DNA of 63,240 nt, the filler included, from Octopus bimaculoides (Eukaryota): NCBI RefSeq assembly GCF_001194135.2. It is 8 parts of 7 records of this genome, joined end to end, with 100 filler letters (N's around TTAATTAATTAA, not from the genome) between each part and the next. Parts side by side here need not be neighbours in the genome. Positions count along the whole stretch, not along the records: positions 47,689 to 53,061 come from NC_068983.1; positions 53,162 to 57,266 come from NC_068991.1; positions 57,367 to 60,485 come from NC_068994.1; positions 60,586 to 63,240 come from NC_069001.1; 4 more parts are not named here. One strand, written 5' to 3'. This document shows, piece by piece, positions 50,359-63,240 of this stretch. The position numbers and the translations under genes are program-made. The notes beneath the pieces are model-generated. The model made no database searches and was not told the DNA's origin. It saw nothing but the letters and a program-made list of their open reading frames with translations. Within the stretch, counting starts at the first letter, position 1. Every line of letters begins with the position of its first letter.

Positions 50359-50844
50359 ACAAAATAATACGAAGTACCAAATAATTGAACACCTTATAAA
50401 TATCCTATATAGAACTTCTAAAATTAAGACATCGATAATTTCTTTTTTATAGTTTTGTTTGTTAAAGATATAAAGTAAATATGTATAACTAACGAAGTAA
50501 TCTTAGACACAATACTTTATTTAATTAAATAGCCTTCTGGAAACAACTTATATACATTTAACTATGCTAAACATAAGAAAAGATCATTTAAACATGTAAC
50601 CCCATAAAAGGAACACATCATAACAATTTTATAAGACCAAGCAGCTCAGCAATGAGTCCTTTAGCTCCGTTCCCATAGCAACAGACCCGATGCTTTTTGA
50701 CTAAACCTAGTATTATTTAGTCTTGTTAATCAAAATATTTATGTATGACGGTGGCTCTATATACTTAGCGAAGTAAAATTTACTAACTGGGACTTCAGTT
50801 TCCGCCATTAACGTCTTCTTCAGGCCGAATTTATCAATAGAATT

Positions 50845-51192
50845 TGGAGGCGGAATGGCCCATTCGTTAGGGCAGTGGATGCGTGGTCGTAGGATCGCAG
50901 TTTCGATTCACAGACCGGGGCGTTGTGAGTGTTTATTGAGCGAAAACACCGAAAAGCTCCACAACACTCCGGCAAAACGATGTTAGCGAACCCTGCTCTA
51001 CTCTTTCACCACAACTTTCTCTTACTCTTTCTTCCTGTTTCTTTTGCACCTGTATTTCAAAGGGCCAACCTTGTCACACACTGTGCAACGCTGAATCCCT
51101 CTGAGAACTACGTTGAGAGTACACATGTCTGAAGAGTGCTCAGCCACTTGTTCTGTAGATCGGATTAACTGGAACCGTCGTCGGAGTGCCAC
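50845..51192 (+). mobile_element. SINE family C, near full length
   Basis: Matches the reverse complement of 22667-23056, with a short internal deletion near the 3' end. Confidence 0.95.
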
Positions 51193-51364
51193 GTTGTATG
51201 TATAGAATATATGTACTCTATGTATGCATGCACGCATATATGTATGTATATATATATCTATATATGTGTATGTTTATGCGTGCATCTGTACTTGTATAAT
51301 AGTTGCAGGTTCACCTAACTTTATCTCATGAAGATGACAGATAATTTCGCGCGCATTTGTGTTT

Positions 51365-51559
51365 TTCTTTTATTTTTTTTAATTCTTTTACCTGTTTCAG
51401 TCATTTTGACTGCGGCCATGCTAGGCGCAGTGCCTTTAGTCAAACAAATCTACTCCAGGACTTATTCCTTGTAAGCCTAGTACTTATTCTATCGGTCTCT
51501 TTTGCCGAGCCGCTAAGTTACGGGAACGTAACTAAACACACCAACATCGGTTGTCAAGC
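51365..51559 (-). mobile_element. SINE family D, 3' half, runs into a gap
   Basis: TTTCAGTCATTTTGACTGCGGCCATGCT..AGTACTTATTCTATCGGTC..CGGTTGTCAAGC. Confidence 0.9.
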
Positions 51560-52356
51560 NNNNNNNNNNNNNNNNNNNNNNNNNNNNNNNNNNNNNNNNN
51601 NNNNNNNNNNNNNNNNNNNNNNNNNNNNNNNNNNNNNNNNNNNNNNNNNNNNNNNNNNNNNNNNNNNNNNNNNNNNNNNNNNNNNNNNNNNNNNNNNNNN
51701 NNNNNNNNNNNNNNNNNNNNNNNNNNNNNNNNNNNNNNNNNNNNNNNNNNNNNNNNNNNNNNNNNNNNNNNNNNNNNNNNNNNNNNNNNNNNNNNNNNNN
51801 NNNNNNNNNNNNNNNNNNNNNNNNNNNNNNNNNNNNNNNNNNNNNNNNNNNNNNNNNNNNNNNNNNNNNNNNNNNNNNNNNNNNNNNNNNNNNNNNNNNN
51901 NNNNNNNNNNNNNNNNNNNNNNNNNNNNNNNNNNNNNNNNNNNNNNNNNNNNNNNNNNNNNNNNNNNNNNNNNNNNNNNNNNNNNNNNNNNNNNNNNNNN
52001 NNNNNNNNNCACGCACACACATACACACACACATACACACACAGAGATTAAAGGAACTCTCGAGTTCAGGAAGGCTGCGAAGACAGCTTAGAAAATCGGG
52101 TAAATACCCTTATAAGACGGAAACAAAGTGACCAGTAACCTCCATAGAGAATCGAATCCTACACATCTCACAGAGAATCAAACCCTACACATCTCTCACA
52201 CACACACATACACACATGTGTATGTGTGCGCGTGTGTGTGCGCGCGTGTGCGTATTTGTGTGTATATCTGTGCATGTATCAATATACATATGAAAAATAA
52301 CCACACACTGACATACATACACCCAAGCATGTGTATACATATATAATGGCTATATG

Positions 52357-52715
52357 TAGGCGCGAAGGCCCAGTGGTTAGGGCAGCGGACTCGCGGTCGT
52401 AGGATCGCAGTTTCAATTCCCAGACCGGGCATTGTGAGAGTTTATTGAGCGAAATACTTAAAGCTCCACGTGGTGCCGGTAGGGGGTGGTGGTGGTGGTG
52501 AACCCTGCTGTACTCTTTCACCACAACTTTCCCTTACTCTTTCTTCCTGTTTCTGTTGTACCTGTATTTCAAAGGGGCCGGCCTTGTCACACACTGTGTC
52601 ACGCTGAATCGTCCCGAGAGCTACATTAAGGGTACACGTGTCAATTTCACGAGCAGGCTGTTCCGCTGATCGGATCGACCCGAACAGCCGTCGTCGTAAG
52701 CGACGGAGCGCTACG
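52357..52715 (+). mobile_element. SINE family C, full length, with a 14-bp target-site duplication
   Basis: ATAATGGCTATATG at 52343-52356 and 52716-52729. Confidence 0.95.
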
Positions 52716-53967
52716 ATAATGGCTATATGGCTTGTGTTTCCAGGTATAAATATAAGCACGTATGTTTGCATACATATATATGTATGTATGTATGTCTACA
52801 CACACACACACACACCTATATATACATTCACATATTCATACACAGCCATTTTTTATACATGTTATTAAAGTGCAAAAGTCTGTTTGAGTATGAATGTAAA
52901 AGTGAGAGTGTGAGTCTGCAGGTAGATGAGTGTGTGTAAGTGACAGTTGGAGTAAACAAGGCGATGTGTGACGTTAATTTAATTTCCGGCGACTTTACAC
53001 TCAAACTATTCCTATTGTTTCCTGCTCGTCAGTAGACATTCTTGAGTTTTTCAAATCTATTNNNNNNNNNNNNNNNNNNNNNNNNNNNNNNNNNNNNNNN
53101 NNNNNTTAATTAATTAANNNNNNNNNNNNNNNNNNNNNNNNNNNNNNNNNNNNNNNNNNNNTACGTAGTCAGCACTTTAATGTATTCGGCTGAATGGACG
53201 TCAGTCATTGGTTGAAATTACAGAAATACGACAACTTTAACATGAAATAAATTGCAATATAATAATTTTTCTTAAGAAGACTAAGAGAAAAAGATGTTTT
53301 ATATGACACATTCTACCAGTGTCCCAAGTTTCAAAGTGTTTCGTTAAGAAAATACTGGTGCCCCCGTTTTGAACTAGATCCGAAAACTGCGCTGGTATAG
53401 ACATGTGATTCATATGGATGGGGACATGTATAAACAAATGCCAATGTTGAGGTCATTTGCGGAAAAGGATTTTTCTCAGTAGCCGAAACCGTTACACTTA
53501 GCATGCATCCCTCATCTTTAATACTGTTTCTTTCATTCACACTTTACATTGCCCCCCCACCCCACATGACACACCAATTCACCACACTTCCACTACCATA
53601 CATCTCTCAACCACTCTATGCACCCCTGCTGTCTCTCTTTCTCCTTTTCTCACACTCTTACAACCTATCAAATCATCTCTCTTTCTCTCAGTCTGCCTGT
53701 ATGTCTCTCTCTCTCTCTCTTTCACTTTATCTCTCTCTCTCCCTCTCATTCACTCTCTCTCTCTCTCTCTCTCTCTCATTCTCTCCCTTTCTTTCCTTGT
53801 GTACCATATCAACATTACTATTCTGTTACTCTTCCCTCTCCCCACCGCCATGCATAATTGGTCAACCTCACCCCTTATCCACCATTCACTACGTCATCCA
53901 CCACCCTACACAATCTCTTCCACCCCTACGTAACCACTCAACACTTCTTTCATTATATTCACTCCCT

Positions 53968-54161
53968 AAAGCGGCGAGCTGGCAGAATCGTTAGCACGCC
54001 GGGCGAAATGCTGTTACGTTCTGAGTTCAAATTCCGCCGAGGTCGACTTTGCCTTTCATCCTTTCGGGGTCGATAAATTAAGTACCAGTTACGCACTGGG
54101 GTCGATGTAATCGGCTTAATCCCTTTGTTTGTCCTTGTTTGTCCCCTCTGTGTTTAGCCCC
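53968..54161 (+). mobile_element. SINE family A, near full length
   Basis: GGCGAGCTGGCAGAATCGTTAGC..GAGTTCAAATTCC..GCCTTTCATCCTTTCGGGGTCGATAAATTAAGTACC; the core resembles, from memory, the Deu/Nin-type conserved SINE domain. Confidence 0.95.
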
Positions 54162-54782
54162 ACAAATACATGACAGGTATACATAATACTGAAGTACGCA
54201 TAGAGTAAACACATGCAGACAAGTATATTAATATAACAAAATTTTAAAAAATGATAAAAACATGCAAGCAATGAAGAGACAAAAGAAATAGTAAGATGAT
54301 ACGCGTTGATTTTATCAGGTATTTCTGTTTATTTAGAAACCTACAATGAACAGGTCAGGCGCTAAACTAAAAAAATTCACAGGGTACAACCTTAAAGTTG
54401 ACGCCACTCCGATAAACACTGTTTAAACCTCTGTAACTTTTTCTCCAATTTGTTTTCTCCTCAACATCAAACCTTCAAAGCAATGATACTGGAAGGCTAC
54501 ATTATTATAGCCGATTTTCAGATTTTTTACTTCTTTAAAAAAAAATGCATATTATGNNNNNNNNNNNNNNNNNNNNNNNNNNNNNNNNNNNNNNNNNNNN
54601 NNNNNNNNNNNNNNNNNNNNNNNNNNNNNNNNNNNNNNNNNNNNNNNNNNNNNNNNNNNNNNNNNNNNNNNNNNNNNNNNNNNNNNNNNNNNNNNNNNNN
54701 NNNNNNNNNNTGTGTGTGTGTGTGTAGGTATATATATATATGTGTGTGTGTGTGTGGGGGGGTGTATATATGTCTGTATGTA

Positions 54783-54834
<52 letters not shown>

Positions 54835-54978
54835 TATATATATGTGTGTGTGCGTGTGTATGTATACATGTGTGTGTGAGTGTATATATATGTGTGTGCG
54901 GGCGTGCGCATGTGCATGGATGTACCTATATATCTGTGTGTGTGTGTCGGTATAAGTGTAAATATAGATGGATGCGTA

Positions 54979-57266
54979 TTAGGGTGTGTTAACTTAGGGG
55001 AGTAAATAATAAAATTCGTAATCTTTAATTTTGGTAGTTATTTATTGTTGCCTTTTAGCATATAAAACAAAATTCCGGAATGAAAAACAATTTTAAATAA
55101 CTCTTAACTATATCAATATGAGTTTGAAATTTATATGTTTTGAGAATTTTCAAAATAATTGGTTTTCACCAGCATCTCTCTGTTTCAAGTTTCATATTTA
55201 CTATAATACATTCCAATATACTATTTGAAAGTAGTCAAAGCCTTCACATCCTTCTTGCTGTTGTTTCTTTTCATCAGTTGCCGGCTGACTGCTTGTGCTT
55301 TGATGTAACCCTCTCGCTTCTCGTGACTAAACATGACTCGCAGCTTCAGTGACCATTTTAACACACTTCTCAACACTTTGTGTGTGTGATGGCCATTTTA
55401 GTACTATTATTTGTGTCTTTAAAACTTTTGAGATTCTTACTAGTTAAGGATGTTGTCAATGGTCGTTCCAAGGCTTCAGAGCTCAAATCAACCAACTCAG
55501 CTTGGTGGCATTGACATTTAATTGGGCCAACTTCAAGGAATGGGTGGGCTTACTTCAAGGAGAATTTGCATTTATTTCTGGTTGAGTTGCTTCATCTAAC
55601 ATGTTGCCAAGAGGACCTGAGAACTTATTGCTTTTTGAAGGACCACCAATTTCCTGGACGAGGTAATGAAGAGGTAGCTCACCTGTATGCAAATCACATA
55701 CAATCCAAATACGTCTTCTTTCAAGTTTTTTCTCTAAATAACTCATTATACCTCCCTTCCAGCCAATATTCACTGCTGATGAATCCCCACCAATAACCTG
55801 CACTGAATTTTCAAGTCCTCTCTCTTGAAACCAGCATAAAATATTATCAGCAATTACTTTTGCGTGTTTTTTCCCTTCCACTTCAACTTTAGGTGTGAAA
55901 TGAAACAAAAACTGACCACCAGGCTCAGAGCAGAGACTGTAATGTTTTTTGATTAGACCTGGAAGTTTTCTGGAAATTCTGTCTACTTCAACCATATCTT
56001 TGGTTTCATCTATTCTTCCATCAAACAAAAGACAGGGGAGACATCCTTTTCATACTTTTCTTGCTGATCAGATATCTCACTCATTACTTTTTCTTGTACT
56101 CTTCTAAGTTCATTATGATCTATAACCAAGGATGAATCCTCTTGACTGATTAGGCCTGCATCTATCCAAGCGGCAGTTGCAATTTCAGCAGCCTCACGGA
56201 GTCCAGTATGGTGACGAATACTAGCTAATGCAATGTTTGAAATGTCTCTTGTTTTGTATTTTCCTCTCTTTGGTATAGCTTCAGAAGATTCTTTAGAATT
56301 TTCCCTTGAGATTACTTCATTTTCTTCAGAAGAACTATAAAACAACTCTTCATTCTCTTCTTTTCTTCCCTCTCTCGGACAAGACCATTCCTGTTTTTTT
56401 TTTTCAGTACAAATCTGTCACTTTCTTTATAATCAGTTGAGCCCATTTGCATACTGCATTGGCCGCCTGCCTTTGTCCTCTGTGAGCTTATGAAATCTAG
56501 CTCTAGAAAAAATGTCTTCTTTTCACGAGGGCAACAACAGTCAATGTGGGAATGATTTCCTCTCTTATCAGTTAGAGAACAATCCTCTTTTGAACACGGA
56601 ACTATGGAACACTTGCAGCTCAAAATATCGAACAGTATATCAAGTGAGTATAGAAAAGTATTTTTCATTGCCAAGTTTCCTTTACCAAATTATGTGTGAA
56701 CCGTTTTCCGCTACAATCTCATTAGTTTTAGCTCAATTGTTCGACACTGTATGATCACTGGCGGTTTGAATTGTGCATTAGCTTTTGTCCACTGGCGCAG
56801 ATTGGGTATTATATCATGTATGAGTTCCTTATCTGTATAGTTCCTTATCTGTATAGTTCCTTATCTGTATAGTTCCTTATCTGTATAGTTCCTTAAAATG
56901 TCTCTCACTGTTGGAAGCTCTGATACAAGAAGCTCTGTACCAGTTAACAGGCTCAAGTGGGATAATATCTGACCTCTAGTCTTCAGCGTGAATATCTGAA
57001 AAGAATAAAAATTCATTTAACCAATTAAAAGATAATATAAGATTCATTTAATCAATTAAAAGATAATATGAGTGATATTTTGAGTCTAATCAGTTTTTCA
57101 TATAAATTTTCAGTTATTGTTTCAAAACAACACCATATTGAAAACTTAGGATAAAATTTATGTATGTTTGAGTTATTTTAATCCATTTTGGTATATATAT
57201 ATCTCAAGTCTGGGAGTAAAAAGGTACAATAATTTCACTATCAAATTAAGATTTTTAGGAAGTTAT
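54979..57266 (-). mobile_element. hAT-related (hATm-like) DNA transposon with disrupted, internally deleted transposase
   Basis: Cys-rich N-terminus LFDILSCKC..CCCPREKK, FDGR (D1), IGGDSSAVNIG (D2), CDLH (CxxH), C-terminal HTQSVEKCVKMVTEAA; terminus TTAGGGTGTG at 54979; imperfect subterminal inverted similarity 55020-55060 vs 57215-57260; far end in a linker gap. Confidence 0.8.
56823..56895. repeat. Perfect 16-bp tandem repeat x4.5 (AGTTCCTTATCTGTAT)
   Basis: Direct reading. Confidence 0.95.
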
Positions 57267-58060
57267 NNNNNNNNNNNNNNNNNNNNNNNNNNNNNNNNNN
57301 NNNNNNNNNNTTAATTAATTAANNNNNNNNNNNNNNNNNNNNNNNNNNNNNNNNNNNNNNNNNNNNGCAAAACTGCAATTTTTTAAAAAGAAATAAGTCC
57401 ACGTTTCTCAATCGAGCTTGTTAACCACTTACCTATACTTGTATGCATGCGCGCGCGCGCACACACACACGCATACACACACACACACACGCATACACAC
57501 ACACACACACACACACACACATAAACGCACGCACTTACACACACATAAACCAGTTTACGTTTCACCCCTGTCTATGATTCCATGCTTTCGGTGTGCATGT
57601 GTGCGTGAGTATCTGTGTGTGTGTGTGTGTGTGTGTGTCGCGTGCGTACGTGTGTAGGTGTATCTCGTCTCCAATGCGTGTGCGATTGAATATAATGTCT
57701 GTGTGTGCGCACACGCTTATATGGGTGTGGGCATCTAAAAAGCGATCTATGAATTACGAGGGAAAAGAGGAATAGTGCAGAATAGATAGCTAATTACTGT
57801 ACAGAAGGCATAACATACAGCACAGGTTTGTTCTTGATAGCAATGTGCACACCCTTAGGTGTAACATGTGTTCTCTGTTATCTTTCTCGATGTTGATATG
57901 AGAGAATATACATACATGTGTGTGTGTGTGTGTGTGTTATATATACATATGTGTATTACATATACATATGTGTGTATATATGTTATATATATTTATATAC
58001 ACACACACACACACACACATATATAATGTATATATATATATATATGTATGTATATATGTA

Positions 58061-58094
<34 letters not shown>

Positions 58095-58499
58095 AGCTTA
58101 TATGTCTCTCTCTCTCTCTATCTCTCTCTCTTTCNNNNNNNNNNNNNNNNNNNNNNNNNNNNNNNNNNNNNNNNNNNNNNNNNNNNNNNNNNNNNNNNNN
58201 NNNNNNNNNNNNNNNNNNNNNNNNNNNNNNNNNNNNNNNNNNNNNNNNNNNNNNNNNNNNNNNNNNNNNNNNNNNNNNNNNNNNNNNNNNNNNNNNNNNN
58301 NNNNNNNNNNNNNNNNNNNNNNNNNNNNNNNNNNNNNNNNNNNNNNNNNNNNNNNNNNNNNNNNNNNNNNNNNNNNNNNNNNNNNNNNNNNNNNNNNNNN
58401 NNNNNNNNNNNNNNNNNNNNNNNNNNNNNNNNNNNNNNNNNNNNNNNNNNNNNNNNNNNNNNNNNNNNNNNNNNNNNNNNNNNNNNNNNNNNNNNNNNN

Positions 58500-58537
<38 letters not shown>

Positions 58538-59190
58538 TTATATATATATATATATACAAACATGTATACTTACACACATACATACAAACATACATGCGTA
58601 CGAAGCACATGCGCACGAGTATTTTTTGCCTATCTTCACACACACACGTGTGTGTGTATGTGTTTATGTTTGTGCGTGTGTGTGAGTATGTATGCATACA
58701 CACACACGCACACACACACAGACACACACACACACACATGCACAAACACACACACACGCACACACATTTATCATCATATCAGGATATGCACACGTGTGTG
58801 CGTGTACCTGTGGAGGTGAGGGTAGGGCCGGGGGTAGAGCGATGTTGAGTGAAGCGCAGTCCTTTATCGCTGATATGATCTTGGGGTTAATCAACAGTTG
58901 GAGCACTTCAAAGAAATGGAAACAGCATTTTCTCCCCACTAAATTTCTGTTTTCAGTCAACCCCAGATCCCTCCCGTTCGTCTTATTAAAGATTAAATGG
59001 TGTAGTATGTGTTGCAGTGTGGCACGGTAGTGTTAGTGGTGTGGTTTGGTGTAGTGTAGCGCGTTGTGATGTGGTGCGGCGCGGCACGGCGTGAGGGGGT
59101 GTGGCGTAGCGTGGCGTAGCGTTCGCTGATTCGATGCGATACGATGATGTGGTTTTTTTTAGAGTTAGCTCCAACTCTTTAACTAACTAG

Positions 59191-59243
<53 letters not shown>

Positions 59244-59301
59244 GCTGCTGTTGCTGCTACGACTACCACTATTACACCTGTTGCCGATACTACTACAAAC
59301 T

Positions 59302-59342
<41 letters not shown>

Positions 59343-59464
59343 GCTACTATTGCTGCTGCTATTACTACTACTACCAGCTGCATCACTACTACCTCAGCTT
59401 CTACATTCACCACGCCTCCCATCACGCATACCACAACTACTATTGCTGTTACAACTACTACTAC

Positions 59465-59512
<48 letters not shown>

Positions 59513-59570
59513 CAATCAGTTGTCAACCAATGGTGGAGGGACAAACACAGACAAACAAATACATACATAC

Positions 59571-59601
<31 letters not shown>
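59191..59601. repeat. (CTA)/(CTG)/(AAT)/(TATC) compound microsatellite
   Basis: Direct reading. Confidence 0.95.
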
Positions 59602-59603
<2 letters not shown>

Positions 59604-60639
59604 ACTTGGGGTAACCCAAGTGGTAGGTTAGCATGTCCACGCACTGGGTATTCCGTCATCAGAGACAGGGTATGAAAGTTCTAGACAAGGAAAATTTACA
59701 GTTTACAAGGAATAAAGTAGAAGAATAAAAGAGTAAAGAGAATAAAGAGTAAATGTACTTAGAAGAATAGATGCGGGAGAAGAATGTTCACAATTCATCT
59801 TTTTTTCCAGAGGATATGGATGTTGATCAGTACCAGTGGTGGCTCGTAGATAAAATTAGTAGGCATGCTGCTTCAGAAAACTTTTAACCGGTGTTTTAAT
59901 ATTGTGTAAAAGGAAACTGCCGAGTAGTGTGTTGAAATTGTTCACTGAACACCGCCGCGAATTCCCCCTTGTTTTTCAAAAATCCCCCTAATCACAAAAT
60001 AAGGGGGTGGAAATTTGCCCTATTTTTCAAATCCTAGATAATAATCTAATTCTACATTTTATCACATTCAAGAATATAAACACGCTTCTAAGTACAACAC
60101 ACGTGGAGTAAAAAAAAACAAAAAAACTCTACTTTTCACCAGCATACTAGGGTCGGCACTGCGTGAACGACAGTGCTCTCTCTCCCTAGCGTGCAGCTTC
60201 GTATCTCGAACATGTGAGCATGCGCACAACAGCCAAACACCGCGTCGCTGGAAATGTGAAATGTGAAGCTGTCCATCTACTCCTCATTTCGAGCATTGAA
60301 TGACAATATGAGTCTTCGAAGGGCAGTTGCTTCCGCTAAAGCCAAAATAAAATTTGGCATATGCGGAGTGCCAAAGTTGGTAACAAAAACGGGACAGTAG
60401 AGACATACAAGGAAACCGAACGAAAACAAACATGGAGGGTCATTAGACCAGAACGAGGGTAAAATAGCGAAGGCTGGAGAAATATNNNNNNNNNNNNNNN
60501 NNNNNNNNNNNNNNNNNNNNNNNNNNNNNTTAATTAATTAANNNNNNNNNNNNNNNNNNNNNNNNNNNNNNNNNNNNNNNNNNNNATATACATATACATA
60601 TATATACATATACATATATATACATATACATATATATAC

Positions 60640-60680
<41 letters not shown>

Positions 60681-61023
60681 TGTTCGTGTGTACACACACA
60701 CATATTTATATATATATAAAGAGTGAAAGAGAGAGAAAGGGGGCCAAACAGCATTTATAATGTAGCTTTCATAAATGGTGTGTGTCACTCGTATGTGCCA
60801 TAGAAGCAAGTGCAGGAAGAGAGCATGCTTGGCTTTGTGATAGGTTCACATGTATCTAGGTACACGTCAACACAGCTATGTATGGATGAATAGCTGTGTG
60901 TGAGTGTGCATGCACATGTGTATGTGTAAGTGTGTGTGTGTGCATGTGCATATATTTGTTTGTGCATGCATGTATATATGTGTGTGTGGCTGTGTATTTG
61001 CATGTATTTATTTGTGTGTGTGT

Positions 61024-61067
<44 letters not shown>

Positions 61068-61139
61068 ATGCATGTGTATCTATTTATGTAGCACATATAT
61101 ATGCTGTAAAGAGTATGAGCCCTTTTCTCTACAATGCTT

Positions 61140-61610
61140 ACATATATCCCCTGCCACACACACACACACTCTCTTCCTCTCTCTTTCTTTCTCTCTCCCT
61201 CTCACATTTCCAGAGATACACTCACTAATTTTCTTTTGTATGCCCTCTTTGTCTTAAATGCACACACACACACACACACAGACACATTCAAATACACATG
61301 CACATACATTCTCTCCCTTTCGCTCACACACACACCCACACATACACCCCTCTCTCACGTATACACTCACACTCGTCTCTCACTCTTCCTAGCACACACA
61401 CACACACACACTCTCTCTCTCTCCCCCTCACATACACACATTCTCTCTCTCTTCTCTCATCTTGCATACACACACACCCTCCCACTCTCTCATATGCACA
61501 TTCTCTCTCTTCATCCCTCTCTCTCATCTTCTTGCACACACATTCTTATACTTTCTCTCTCTTCCTCTCTCTCACACACACACACACACCCTCTCTCTCT
61601 CTCATAGGAT
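61140..61610. repeat. Degenerate (CT)/(CA) mosaic microsatellite
   Basis: Direct reading. Confidence 0.9.
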
Positions 61611-61904
61611 ATCTCTATGTGTCCCTAAGTGGACAGTCATGTGTTTGAGCCAATCCTGTAAGGAGAACAGGATATTACAAGAGGGACAACAATATATATT
61701 CTGATTATATTCGTTATATTTGTTGGTGGTGCGGTGATGATGGTGAAAAGAAAAGAAAGACAAAAGTTTGAACTATATGACAAGGAATAAAACAGAATAC
61801 AATACAACAAACACACAACAATACACATTACTAAAACAATACATAATACAAAATAAAATGAAAACAAAAACAGAAATAAAATTTATAAAATATTCTTTTC
61901 TACT

Positions 61905-62296
61905 CTAGGCCTGAAAATTTTTTGAGGGGAGGGGCTAGGCGATTAGATCGAATCCAGTATGCAACTGGTACTTAATTTATAGACCCCGAAAGGATGAAAG
62001 GCAAAGCTGACCCTGGCAGAATTTGAACTCAGAACGTAAAGACAGACAAAATACTGCTAATCATTTCACCCGTCGTGCTAACGTTTCTTATTTCTTTATT
62101 GCCCACAAGGGGCTAAACATAGAGGGGACAAACAAAGACAGAAAAAGGGATTAAGTCGAAACTTTCTTCACAGTGAACTTACTTGCAATTGGAATAAAGT
62201 GTCTTACGCAAGGACACAATATGCTGCCAGGAATCGAACTCACGACTTAATGATTATAGGCTGAATACCCTAACCACTAAGCCACGAGCCTTCACT
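61905..62296 (-). mobile_element. SINE stack: family A (61905-62088), family A tail (62090-62160), family B (62161-62296)
   Basis: Matches to 53968-54161 and 27309-27474. Confidence 0.9.
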
Positions 62297-62382
62297 TACC
62301 CAACGCAAGCAGTCATAAACACACACATAGGCCTCCAGACTCATGTATAGCACACACACACACATATATATATCCACTCGCT

Positions 62383-62434
<52 letters not shown>

Positions 62435-62694
62435 CGTGTTCACACAAATTGTAAGTCTTCCCTATCACTCTTTATAGAGTTAATTGATGATTGTCGTCGT
62501 CGAACCGGATGCAGCAGAATGATAGAGACAGTTTAACGTACTAATTGACTTTAAAGAAATAGCTTAATGAAGTAAGGGAAGTAACTCAAAACATGCTCAC
62601 TGATCGAGTTAGTGATATAGAGTTATTTCCCTTGCACATACAGGCAATCAGGTTTTTTTTGTTTTTTTTTTAATCAACTAACATTAACAATTTT

Positions 62695-62845
62695 ATCTTT
62701 TGTACATGTTTCACTCATAAGACTGTGGCCTTGCTGGAACATCGCCTTAAAGGGTTTGGTCGAACCTAGTACTTATTCTATCGATCTCTTTTTCCGAACA
62801 GCTAATTTAGGACGTAAACAAACGAACAATGGTTGTCAAGCACCA
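62695..62845 (-). mobile_element. SINE family D 3' half, degraded
   Basis: GACTGTGGCCTTGCTGG..CCTAGTACTTATTCTATCG..GGTTGTCAAGC. Confidence 0.85.
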
Positions 62846-62889
62846 ACGCACATATATGAAGGTATGTGTGACTGTATACACACATACAC

Positions 62890-63186
62890 ATATTTCTTTG
62901 GTTGAAGACAACGTGTGAGCATTCAGTTTTTGTTGAACGATCTGCACAAACGGTTTGTTTATAGTGATCAAATGTTTGTGTTGCGCATTAGATCACACTT
63001 TCTCCATCAAATTGATGTCATCTGAACAGGTGCATTGTGTACCACGCATCAGGTGTCAAAGTGATCACAGAGCAATGTGAGATGAACCGTTTTGCTCGAG
63101 AATACAACGCGCCACCCGGTCTAGGAATTGAAATCATCATCTAGCAATCGTGAGCATAACACCCTAACCACTAAGCCATGCACTCT

Positions 63187-63187
<1 letters not shown>
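62890..63187 (-). mobile_element. SINE family B with tail E, full length
   Basis: Minus strand GAGAGTGCATGGCTTAGTGGTTAGGGTG (A box)..TTTCAATTCCTAGACCGGG; tail shared with 3155-3410. Confidence 0.9.

Positions 63188-63240
<53 letters not shown>

Noticed and set aside
50791-50823. Minus-strand CTGAAGA..GAAAC-TGAA-GTC hammerhead-like string
   Set aside because: Stem II needs extra unpaired bases and two GU pairs, and stem I does not pair; probably chance
52357-52430. tRNA-like sequences at SINE heads
   Set aside because: A/B boxes are present, but no complete acceptor-stem cloverleaf; they continue into repeat bodies, so these are SINE heads, not tRNA genes
56823-56895. CRISPR-like array
   Set aside because: Contiguous tandem units with no spacers, in a eukaryotic context
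59834-60161. Possible hAT/Tip100-like MITE (CAGTGGTGGCTC ... GTCGGCACTG)
   Set aside because: The ends are only loosely complementary and there is no 8-bp TSD
58810-60247. Possible minus-strand exons 60148-60247 and ~58810-58905 (LQLLINPKIISAIKDCASLNIALPP)
   Set aside because: Weak splice sites, ambiguous frame and no recognisable protein; not supportable without transcripts

Overview
AT-rich eukaryotic DNA that is very rich in microsatellites and retroposons, from a gapped short-read scaffold. Seven gaps carry an artificial N44-TTAATTAATTAA-N44 linker, so adjacency across them is unreliable. The repeat repertoire and (CA/TA/GATA/AAT/TACA)n density most resemble an octopod cephalopod (Octopus) genome; this is inferred from remembered repeat families, not from a search. 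No intact host gene, rRNA, true tRNA or CRISPR array is visible, and almost all listed ORFs are microsatellite or N-gap translations. Supported content: (i) about 30 copies or fragments of tRNA-derived SINE-like families that share heads, cores and tails, labelled A, B, C, D and F here (E is a tail module carried by some B copies); (ii) LINE remnants of CR1/L2/Jockey-like, L1/Tx1-like and R4/Dong-like (restriction-like endonuclease) types; (iii) two Penelope-like remnants, plus a degenerate minimal hammerhead ribozyme motif and a long palindrome; (iv) DNA transposon remnants (DD37D maT, hATm-like, hAT MITE, an unclassified MITE, and an element carrying a TTAGGG-like array). The most interesting observation is a non-coding ~0.6-0.7 kb element (X) with a fixed 5' start whose four visible termini all abut (AAT)n. 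One copy sits in a head-to-tail stack with Dong-like LINE pieces. A few weak candidate exons are flagged at low confidence.
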